This document shows, piece after piece, positions 16,681 to 23,728 of a stretch of DNA of 26,354 bases. How positions within the stretch are numbered: the stretch's first letter is position 1; each line of letters begins with the position of its first letter. Both the position numbers and the translations under genes were made by a program. The notes under the pieces were generated by a model. It was not told where the DNA came from. It did not search any database and worked only from the letters and a program-made list of their open reading frames with translations. The DNA comes from an uncultured Gammaproteobacteria bacterium. GTDB taxonomy: Bacteria > Pseudomonadota > Gammaproteobacteria > CAJQNE01. The DNA lies in the NCBI GenBank assembly GCA_905479545.1, contig CAJQNE010000435.1, positions 1 to 26,354 on the forward strand. Reading direction: 5' to 3'.

Positions 16681-18285
16681 CTATCGCGCCGCATTGATGG
16701 ATGCCTGAGCGAGGCGCACGGTAGGGCTGTTCGCCGGGTCAAACACCACGTCGTCCATTGCGACGATTACATCAGAGAGCCACTTACCGCCGCTGGCAGA
16801 TTCTGCCAAGGCTACCGCCACGTAACGGCGACCGTCGCGTTCGACGATTGCGCCATCAGCGTGATAATTACGCCAGCTGCCGGATTTACGGAAAATGCGT
16901 GAGCCGGGCCGGGCATTCAGGCCTTTAACGAACTTGTGATTGATGCCCGGGTTGCCCAGCATCGTTTTCATCTCACGACAGGCCTCAGGCGAAACCAATT
17001 GGCCGGTTTCTAACATGTAGAAGTAGCGCGCCACCTGTACTGCCGAGGCACCGTGAGAAATGTTGTGTAACGGGTCGCGCTGTTGCGGGCCGCTTTTGGC
17101 GTAACGCTTACCCACCCACAGTCCACCATCAAATTTCGGGTCGTATAGCTTATAAGTGCTAGAACGGAGCAAGGCGTTCAGGTCTTTCATGCCGACTTTA
17201 TCGAGCATGTTGGTAGCCGCTGTGTTCGATGAGCGACGGATCATGCTGGTCAGCTGGCGACGATTCTCCGGCGTGAGCGAAAGCTTGCCGTCATGAATTT
17301 TTTGGAACGCGCCCAGCAAAATCGCGATTTTCGGCAAGCTGGCGGCGTAACGCATTTTCTCGCCATTTATTTCTGCCAACCGCGGCCGGTGGGAGTCAGT
17401 AATGTCGACCAGTGCGACGCTAAGCTGGCCGCTGTTTAAAGCGGATTTCAGCCCGATGCGGTGGAGAGAGGCTTCCAGAGCCGCCTGTAATTGCCGGTCG
17501 TGGGTCTGACGCAGTTCCGGGTATTGGTCATAAACGTCTCCGGCAAACGTATCACTCTGCAAATAGGCATCGCTGTCGATAATTTGCGGATCGACTACCG
17601 ACGGCACATCATGCAGTAGCGCGATATCGAGGTTCGGATTGGCTAGCACGGCACTGGAGCCAAAGGTGAGGGCCGTGCCGAACGCCGCTGCGGCCAGCTT
17701 GCGTTGCAACTTCAGTGAGCGGTTTATTTGGCGCTGATTCACCAAGCCTTTTTCGCGCAGAATAGTACCCAGCGGTTGGCCGGTTTTACGCTGCACTCGC
17801 AACGCTTTCTTCAGTTCTTTCTTGCTCAAATCACCGTGCTCTACCAGTAAATCACCCAGCCGCATACCGGCAAGCTTGCGGGCACTGATATCCGGCGCGT
17901 GCTCTACCTCTAAACAGGTAATTGCCCGGCCGCGATCAATATAACCTGCACTTAGAAGCGCCCGTACCCAGCTGAGGGTAGAGCGGGGTTTGCTTGCTGA
18001 AACTTTGCGTAATTCATATGACGAGATCTGGCCGGAACGTAATAGCCGTTCGCCGATATCTTCATCATCGTTCGCGGCAATAGCCAGCGCCTGCTCGCGC
18101 GACTCCAATACGTGCTGAAGACGATGCAGCGAATCACAAACCTGTTGGTCTATAACACCGCGCTGCACGAGTATTTCCGAGAGGTGCCTATTCGTACCGA
18201 TTTGCACTTCAAGCGCAGCATCAACGTCTTTGCGTGTTGCAAAACCGCCGTCTACTAACAGATCACCTAAACGTCTATGGAACAT
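16681..18285 (-). CDS. Fusion of three MshEN-like c-di-GMP-binding modules, an internal signal-like segment and a class A beta-lactamase-related serine hydrolase domain
   Basis: RBS GAGGT. MshEN-type 24-aa motifs at aa 5-28 and 142-165/171-194. Hydrophobic RKLAAAAFGTALTFGSSAVLA at aa 195-215. SxxK (S316-LP-K319), SSN (352-354) and KSG (467-469). Confidence 0.88.
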   Translation of the reverse strand: MFHRRLGDLLVDGGFATRKDVDAALEVQIGTNRHLSEILVQRGVIDQQVCDSLHRLQHVLESREQALAIAANDDEDIGERLLRSGQISSYELRKVSASKPRSTLSWVRALLSAGYIDRGRAITCLEVEHAPDISARKLAGMRLGDLLVEHGDLSKKELKKALRVQRKTGQPLGTILREKGLVNQRQINRSLKLQRKLAAAAFGTALTFGSSAVLANPNLDIALLHDVPSVVDPQIIDSDAYLQSDTFAGDVYDQYPELRQTHDRQLQAALEASLHRIGLKSALNSGQLSVALVDITDSHRPRLAEINGEKMRYAASLPKIAILLGAFQKIHDGKLSLTPENRRQLTSMIRRSSNTAATNMLDKVGMKDLNALLRSSTYKLYDPKFDGGLWVGKRYAKSGPQQRDPLHNISHGASAVQVARYFYMLETGQLVSPEACREMKTMLGNPGINHKFVKGLNARPGSRIFRKSGSWRNYHADGAIVERDGRRYVAVALAESASGGKWLSDVIVAMDDVVFDPANSPTVRLAQASINAAR

Positions 18286-18643
18286 TTACGACCTCACAAT
18301 CCCACCGATGGCAGAAAATTAAGCAAGTGAGCATTTTAGCATATCGCTGAAATTCGTATAGCTATGCTCAGAGGTTGAGTGTCGTCGGTATTAAGCACAG
18401 CGGGGCATCGCTTGGCTAGCATTGTGTCAGCGGTCAACTTCAGAATCGTTTAGCAGTTCAGGTACCAGTGTTTACGTCGCAACATATAAATGTTGTCGGC
18501 TTGGCTTACTCTCTTTCGGTAGTGCGGCGTTTCAATCTCTCCTGTGATTTAGCTGCCATGGGTAAGTTATAACCCTGCGCCAGCCTGTTAGGCGGATTTT
18601 TGTGGTGGGCTTCGCGGGTACAGTGTGAAGTCCCGCGTGTCGA

Positions 18644-18934
18644 CTAATAAATTTCGTAATAATCATCCAAAGCTTCGCCAGCCATAGATGTAATTACTTT
18701 GTACAGACCGAGTTCTTTATCGTCCTTTAGCAGGCTGTAAGTCGATTCAAAGTATGGGTAGCCCACTGAAGCCGATTGAAAACAAAGCTTGTGACTATGG
18801 AAGACAAGGTCGGAGCCGCTAAGCACGCTTTTGTCGTCCTCATGGTCTGATGACCAGTTTGCTATCGCTTGCTTAGCGATAGCACAAATGGCTGAGCTGT
18901 CGATGGAGTTAGATAGCTCATTGATAATATCCAT
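18644..18934 (-). CDS. Small acidic hypothetical protein
   Basis: 96-aa ORF with RBS AGGA and about 43% GC by hand count. No recognised family. Confidence 0.7.
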   Translation of the reverse strand: MDIINELSNSIDSSAICAIAKQAIANWSSDHEDDKSVLSGSDLVFHSHKLCFQSASVGYPYFESTYSLLKDDKELGLYKVITSMAGEALDDYYEIY

Positions 18935-18962
18935 GATTTATTTCCTGCAATTAAGGCTTACT

Positions 18963-19029
18963 ACCTGACGTGAAAGTGGAATACCACTCCGGGCCCGAAG
19001 ATGAGTGTTCCATGATGGCGCCGTTATGA
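18963..19029. other. Degenerate attC-like imperfect palindrome
   Basis: On the minus strand, TCATAAC (containing the TPR gene stop) ... GTCAGGT spans 67 bp, with internal pairing TGGAA/TTCCA and CACTC/GAGTG. The core is GTC rather than GTT and the L boxes are poor. Confidence 0.3.
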
Positions 19030-19413
19030 GCTTCTCATTTTTTCCAGAATATCAATAATATGATGTTCAACAGCATCAATTAAATCGTCATCGCCAACGG
19101 CGTGAGCCAGATTAACGGCATCGCTGAAGTCTCTCAGCGCGAGGTAATAGTCATTGTTGTGGTGGTGTAAAGAGCCTCTGTCGTAAAACAACCCGGCTGA
19201 ACTCGGCGCCAGGCTTATTGCTTCATTCAAGTCACTTTTTGCCAGGCCAGCGTTGCCCGCCAAATAGTGCAAATGCGACCTTAGCTGTAAGCCCCGGCAA
19301 ACGTCATCCCCCTTCAGAATAAGTGCGCTAAGCGTATCGAAGCTAGGCTCATAATTTCCGGTTTGAACGCATTCGGAATAGATGCGTTGTGCTTTATCGA
19401 AAGCCGCGCTCAT
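19024..19413 (-). CDS. TPR-repeat-containing protein
   Basis: TPR-like helical pairs LRSHLHYLAGNAGLAKSDLNEAISLAP and FYDRGSLHHHNNDYYLALRDFSDAVNL. Confidence 0.8.
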   Translation of the reverse strand: MSAAFDKAQRIYSECVQTGNYEPSFDTLSALILKGDDVCRGLQLRSHLHYLAGNAGLAKSDLNEAISLAPSSAGLFYDRGSLHHHNNDYYLALRDFSDAVNLAHAVGDDDLIDAVEHHIIDILEKMRSS

Positions 19414-19589
19414 TTATCCAGCCACCAGGCCAGTAATATTGCGGTAGCCAGTGTGGCGATGGCTGCCATAAGAAAGGCTAGCGGCACAGAAATTAATAAC
19501 GACCAGGAGCAATATTTTAATACCCCGAAAGCAAATAGCACCAGTAGTACTAAATACTGCAGCTTGAGCAATAAAGCACGGTAGCTCAT
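19410..19589 (-). CDS. Small 59-aa two-TM membrane protein (absent from the ORF track)
   Basis: MSYRALLLKLQYLVLLVLFAFGVLKYCSWSLLISVPLAFLMAAIATLATAILLAWWLDK. RBS AAGGAAG, and its stop overlaps the TPR gene start as ATGA. Confidence 0.7.
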   Translation of the reverse strand: MSYRALLLKLQYLVLLVLFAFGVLKYCSWSLLISVPLAFLMAAIATLATAILLAWWLDK

Positions 19590-19648
19590 TGGGCTTCCTT
19601 TTCGTGGCGTAAACTCACTGGCACGCAGGTGTTCGATAGCAGCAAATG

Positions 19649-20227
19649 TTATTGCTGTTGGTCAATAGCTGATTTATAGAGGCTCTGGCGAGGCTTAGCC
19701 ATTACCGACTTCACCAGCGGGGCAAATATTTCCAGATCGAGCTTTGGCTTCGATGCGTCGAAGGCCGGGTTGTCATATTTTGCGACAAACCGCTTGGTGT
19801 GCTCGTAATGCTCAGAGTCTATAAACTTCTCGTGCATGTTGCGATCCATACCAAGGTGATGGAAGAAATTATATCCCTGGAAAATCGCATGGTGCTTAAC
19901 CATCCAGTGGTTAGCTTCCGAAACAAATGGCTGCAATATAGCGGCGCCAACGTCAGCGTGGTTGTAACTGCCCAGCGTGTCCCCCATGTCATGCAGCAGC
20001 GCACAAACAACGAACTCGTCATTCTCGCCAGCCTCTGCAGCGAGCTCTGCGGTTTGCAGGCAATGCTGCAAACGGTCAATCGGAAAGCCACCATAATCGC
20101 CGCTCAGCAGCTGCATATGCTGCAGAATTCTATCCGGCAAAACCGCCATAAACTTCACCTGCTCGCCGACGATAGTTTTCCAGTCCTCTTCGGTACTTTC
20201 GTCAATTGCTTTGAAGTGCGTTTTCAT
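19649..20227 (-). CDS. HD-domain protein, PhnZ/TmpB-like
   Basis: RLQHCLQTA, ALLHDMGD, NHADVGA, VKHH and KYDNPAFD. The start is placed at 20227 (MKTHFKA) because of RBS GGAG. Confidence 0.88.
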   Translation of the reverse strand: MKTHFKAIDESTEEDWKTIVGEQVKFMAVLPDRILQHMQLLSGDYGGFPIDRLQHCLQTAELAAEAGENDEFVVCALLHDMGDTLGSYNHADVGAAILQPFVSEANHWMVKHHAIFQGYNFFHHLGMDRNMHEKFIDSEHYEHTKRFVAKYDNPAFDASKPKLDLEIFAPLVKSVMAKPRQSLYKSAIDQQQ

Positions 20228-20396
20228 TTCTTTCTCCAGAATAAGTCTTGTCGCACCATTCAGCGACTGACAACCTGACGCCAAGACTCCGGGTTTGCCG
20301 ATTGTTTGAATTTGCAGGGGGCGGAGTTTGAGAACAATGCAATGTAAGAGTGTATACAAAGTCGGCAAGCGTGTTCATCCGCTAATGAACCCCGCT

Positions 20397-21050
20397 TTAT
20401 CGGTCACTTCTGCAAAAACGCTCAATAATATAAGCCACGCCAGCTAGCGATATAAACGTGATAAACGCTGAGGCGCTGAGCAGCGAAACGGTGTCGGGCG
20501 CTGCGCCGAACGATGAAGCGAGTTGAACGACCACCAGTAGTGCTATGAATCCGGCAAAGCCAATTTGCTGGCGTCTTTCTCCGACGTACCGGAAGTGCAG
20601 CCAGACCGCTGCCGCGCCGAGCAAGGCGAATTCCAATATCAATGCTGCTACCGGAAGATTCCACAACCCGAAACCGAATTTGTCGCCGCCGGCAATCGTA
20701 AGGTCGGGCCGGTGTACCAGTAGATCGAGTACCCAGTGTGAACCCACCACCAGCGCCACCAGCAAACACTGCGTTTTGCTTAAGAACGTTGTGGCAAATA
20801 GCCTGAGCGCGAAGTAGGTGGCTGCCATCCAGCCCAAGGTCGCAACTAAGCTGTGGGTATAGGGCATGTGGTACAGGTCGAGGTGATTCGATGCCAGGCT
20901 ATCGTCGAACCGTACCTTTTCAATGCCCACTGCTATTAGTATGGCCCAGGCAATGTCGACCAATTGCGCGGCGACGATTAGTAGCCAGAGCGGTGTTCTG
21001 GGCGATGCGGCTTTTGCGGCGATGGCCGCGCTGTAGTGACCGACGAACAT
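20397..21050 (-). CDS. Membrane-bound metal-dependent hydrolase (YdjM-like)
   Basis: MFVGHY, AQLVDIAW, MPYTHSL, SHWVLDLLVHRPDL and multiple TM segments. The start is placed at 21050 (RBS AGGAG). Confidence 0.88.
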   Translation of the reverse strand: MFVGHYSAAIAAKAASPRTPLWLLIVAAQLVDIAWAILIAVGIEKVRFDDSLASNHLDLYHMPYTHSLVATLGWMAATYFALRLFATTFLSKTQCLLVALVVGSHWVLDLLVHRPDLTIAGGDKFGFGLWNLPVAALILEFALLGAAAVWLHFRYVGERRQQIGFAGFIALLVVVQLASSFGAAPDTVSLLSASAFITFISLAGVAYIIERFCRSDR

Positions 21051-21269
21051 AGTGAGGCTCCTGTAGCCCGGTGATTGTCGTTGAAATTGGCACAGCGCGA
21101 CCGCTACAACGGCCTTGGCTGTTAGCAGCACACTATAAGCCGTGTTAAAGGGAGAGGCGATGACCACTGGCACGGTCGACAGCCGCTAACCCTAAGCGGC
21201 CATTGAATCGGGCGCGGCGAATGTGGAATATCGGCGTGACTTGCTGCTTTTCCTGCCCCGGTTGAATCG

Positions 21270-22736
21270 ATGAAATTCATTAAATTTTTACTTATCGCCA
21301 TACTCCTGCTCATTACGATTATGCTGTTTCGCACGCTAACGCTGGAATCTAAGCAACTCGATGTAGAGCCGATAAAGATTAGCGGCTTTGATGCCGACGA
21401 GCTGGCTCAAAAATTAGCCGCAGGGCTGCAGATTAAAACCATTTCTCATCGCGACCCGGCCAAAGCGAACATTGCTCCGTTCCGAGAGTTTCAGCAGCTT
21501 TTAAAACAGCAGTTTCCGGCGCTTCACGGAACGTTGGAACTTGAACGCGTCGCCGAAACCCTGCTATTCCGCTGGCGCGGAACGGATGCTAACGCCGCAC
21601 CGATAATGCTGATGGCGCACTACGACGTGGTGCCGGTTCAGGCGGAAACGCAGGACCGTTGGGACTTTGAACCGTTTTCCGGACAAATAACGGACGACTA
21701 CGTGCTAGGCCGCGGCGCATTAGACGATAAAGGCCAGCTGTATATGATCGTCGCTGCAGTTGAACAAATGGTGAGCAGCGGTTTCCAGCCATACAGCGAT
21801 ATTTGGTTATCGTTCGGCCACGACGAGGAAGTCGGTGGCAAATACGGTAACGAGGCGATAGCCAAGCGGTTCGAACAACAGGGCGTTCGGTTCGCGGCGG
21901 TTATCGACGAAGGCGGCAGCATTACCCGAAACATTGTGCCGGGCATCGACGGCCGCGTTGCCATGGTCGGCATTGCTGAAAAAGGCTACCTGACGATACA
22001 GCTAGCGGTTGAAGGCGTTGGCGGCCACTCTTCAATGCCGCCCGAACAAACCACCGTCAGCACATTGGCGAAAGCGATCGCCGATCTCCAAGCCAAACCG
22101 TTCGACTTCCGAATTACCCAGCCGGTTGAAAAGTTTTTAGCCTACACCGCACCGGAGTTGCCGTTCGCAAAGCGTGTGGCAATTAGTAATCGCTGGTTGC
22201 TCGAACCACTGCTAATTTCAGAAATGACTAAATCACAAAAAACCCGCGCCACGCTGCACACCACTACCGCAGCCACTATGTTGGTGGCTGGCGTGCAGGA
22301 AAATGTTCTGGCCAAGCGGGCAGAAGCGACGATTAACTTCCGAATTCTACCCGGTGAAACACGCGAAACTGTGCTCCAGCGGGTCAGCGAGGTAATCGAT
22401 AACAACCGCGTGGAAATACAGCAGAGCGATGGCTTCTCATCCGACCCATCACCGGTTTCCAGCGTTGATTCAGCAGCCTTTACTGCCATTCAACGCAGCA
22501 TTCGCGAGGTCTACCCCAATACCACCGTTGCGCCGTTTTTAGTGATGGCAGGTACCGACTCGCGTCACTACTCCAGGGTGGCTGATAACGTTTATCGCTT
22601 CGCCCCGTTTGACCTCACCGGTGCTGATGAATTGGATGGCATTCACGGTATTAATGAACGCATTGCTATCGACAGCCTGGCCGCCGGCGCGATGCTCTAT
22701 CAGCGCCTGATTACCCACCTGACTGCTCCGAAATAA
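21270..22736 (+). CDS. M20 family metallohydrolase (PM20D1 / carboxypeptidase S-like)
   Basis: N-terminal signal/anchor. MAHYDVVP, GRGALDDKG, GHDEEVGG, DEGG, GGHSSMPP, GTDSRHY and IHGINERI. Confidence 0.93.
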   Translation: MKFIKFLLIAILLLITIMLFRTLTLESKQLDVEPIKISGFDADELAQKLAAGLQIKTISHRDPAKANIAPFREFQQLLKQQFPALHGTLELERVAETLLFRWRGTDANAAPIMLMAHYDVVPVQAETQDRWDFEPFSGQITDDYVLGRGALDDKGQLYMIVAAVEQMVSSGFQPYSDIWLSFGHDEEVGGKYGNEAIAKRFEQQGVRFAAVIDEGGSITRNIVPGIDGRVAMVGIAEKGYLTIQLAVEGVGGHSSMPPEQTTVSTLAKAIADLQAKPFDFRITQPVEKFLAYTAPELPFAKRVAISNRWLLEPLLISEMTKSQKTRATLHTTTAATMLVAGVQENVLAKRAEATINFRILPGETRETVLQRVSEVIDNNRVEIQQSDGFSSDPSPVSSVDSAAFTAIQRSIREVYPNTTVAPFLVMAGTDSRHYSRVADNVYRFAPFDLTGADELDGIHGINERIAIDSLAAGAMLYQRLITHLTAPK

Positions 22737-22778
22737 GGCAAGGTAGTTAAGCCTACCAGCAGCGATCATTCAGCCTAT

Positions 22779-22957
22779 AAGAGGGTTTCGCAAAAGCCCT
22801 TAATTTTTTCGAAAAACATCAAAACTAACGAAAACCCGTTCACGCTGAGCCTGTCGAAGCGCATGCTACGGGTCTTCGATACTTCGGCAAGCTCAGGCTC
22901 AGGCCGACCGGTTATGGGCCGCTTCGAATACGGAGTTAACTTTTACAACATCCTCTT
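22779..22957. mobile_element. MITE-like element with 18-bp imperfect TIRs enclosing a CTGAGCCTGTCGAAG-type REP hairpin
   Basis: AAGAGGGTTTCGCAAAAG (22779-22796) matches the reverse complement of 22940-22957 (AAGAGGATGTTGTAAAAG) at 14/18. No clean target-site duplication is seen. Confidence 0.55.
22836..22913. repeat. REP-like hairpin (CCGTTCACGCTGAGCCTGTCGAAG...CTTCGGCAAGCTCAG) with partially duplicated right arm
   Basis: 22845-22859 pairs with 22882-22896 (13/15 plus a wobble). An extra CTTCGAT (22874-22880) and GCTCAG (22897-22902) indicate arm duplication. Confidence 0.8.
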
Positions 22958-22976
22958 TAACCCATTCCTACCAACT

Positions 22977-23016
22977 CTTACACAGACTTACATTGCTTAG
23001 AAACACACTTACACAG
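22977..23016 (+). promoter_or_regulatory. Array of TTACA-like half-sites with about 10-bp phasing (OmpR-family box, TACA-N6-TACA)
   Basis: TTACA at 22978 and 22988, TTAGA at 22997 and TTACA at 23009. CTTACACAG occurs twice. Confidence 0.55.
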
Positions 23017-23070
23017 CTAAGGCGTACGCTGTTTCTGTGACTCGCATATACGCAACTTCAGGAGTTTGTT

Positions 23071-23409
23071 ATGAAACGTTTTAAATCTGGTTTAATTGTT
23101 TTAACCGCAGCCGTTGGCCTTCTGGGTACGACGGGTGTCGCTCAGGCTCATTCGCAAAAGAATGTCCGTTCTAACCATTCGCATTCAGTAACCGTAAACC
23201 GCGCCTTTTCGCCGCTACAGATTGTGGCCCGTTTGCCAATTGGCAGTGTTCGGGTTGCACTGCACGGGCAAGACTATTACTTCTCGGCGGGGCGTTACTA
23301 TAGTCGCGCTAACCGTGGCTGGAACGTTGTCGAAGCACCGAGCCGTTCACGTGCCGCGAAGCGAAATGAGCGAGAGCGTCGCGACAGCTCGCATCGTCGA
23401 AATCGCTAG
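23071..23409 (+). CDS. Small secreted protein, DUF6515-like
   Basis: RBS AGGAG and signal peptide ending AQA. RLPIGSVRVALHGQDYYFSAGRYY...VVEAP motif and an Arg-rich tail. Confidence 0.75.
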   Translation: MKRFKSGLIVLTAAVGLLGTTGVAQAHSQKNVRSNHSHSVTVNRAFSPLQIVARLPIGSVRVALHGQDYYFSAGRYYSRANRGWNVVEAPSRSRAAKRNERERRDSSHRRNR

Positions 23410-23423
23410 TAGGTAGTCGAAAA

Positions 23424-23459
23424 AATTATCCGGGAGTGCCGTGTTGCTTCCGGATAATT
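23424..23459. terminator. Hairpin downstream of the DUF6515-like gene (probable terminator)
   Basis: AATTATCCGGGAG / CTTCCGGATAATT 13-bp stem with one G-T pair, preceded by an A-run. Confidence 0.55.
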
Positions 23460-23728
23460 CTATTGGCAGCGAAGGGCGATCAGCCGTGTTGCGACGTATT
23501 AGCAGTTAAGCGTTAGTCGGGCGTATATAAACAGCTCTACTCGCACCCCTTTATCTCGTTTTACCCCCTTTACCGCTTAGGTATTGTCGTGGCATCGAAA
23601 AAGTCTGAATTGCTGGTTCTTCTGAGAGTTCAGCCCCGTCAATCAAACTAGCCAATGCTAAGCCGCTTAGTAACGCCTCGACCAGCATATAACCGGGCAG
23701 TAGGAAAAATTGACTCAGTCATGGCGTG

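Noticed and set aside
17520-17703. Possibility that the hydrolase domain is a separate gene or a bona fide resistance beta-lactamase
   Set aside because: The frame is continuous with no stop or evident internal RBS/ATG before the signal-like segment, and I could not identify a class A Glu166 equivalent, so no resistance call is made.
18504-18546. Minus-strand AGGAGAG...ACCGAAAGAGAGTAA resembling a glycine riboswitch aptamer
   Set aside because: The CT(C/T)TCAGG element and a second aptamer are absent, and the downstream gene is unrelated to glycine. An Rfam scan would settle it.
18600-18643. Possible c-di-GMP-I riboswitch upstream of the MshEN gene (contains GGGAC on the minus strand)
   Set aside because: No GCAAA/GNRA tetraloop-receptor architecture is present.
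18860-18884. Perfect 10-bp hairpin TGCTATCGCT/AGCGATAGCA inside the 96-aa CDS
   Set aside because: It is explained by the coding repeat AIAKQAIA, is single-copy and has no other support.
19799-20278. 159-aa plus-strand ORF
   Set aside because: It is antisense to the HD-domain gene.
20228-20368. N-terminal extension of the HD protein (likewise 21051-21173 of the membrane hydrolase and 24539-24589 of the secreted protein)
   Set aside because: Downstream Met codons have better RBS, family N-termini or signal peptides.
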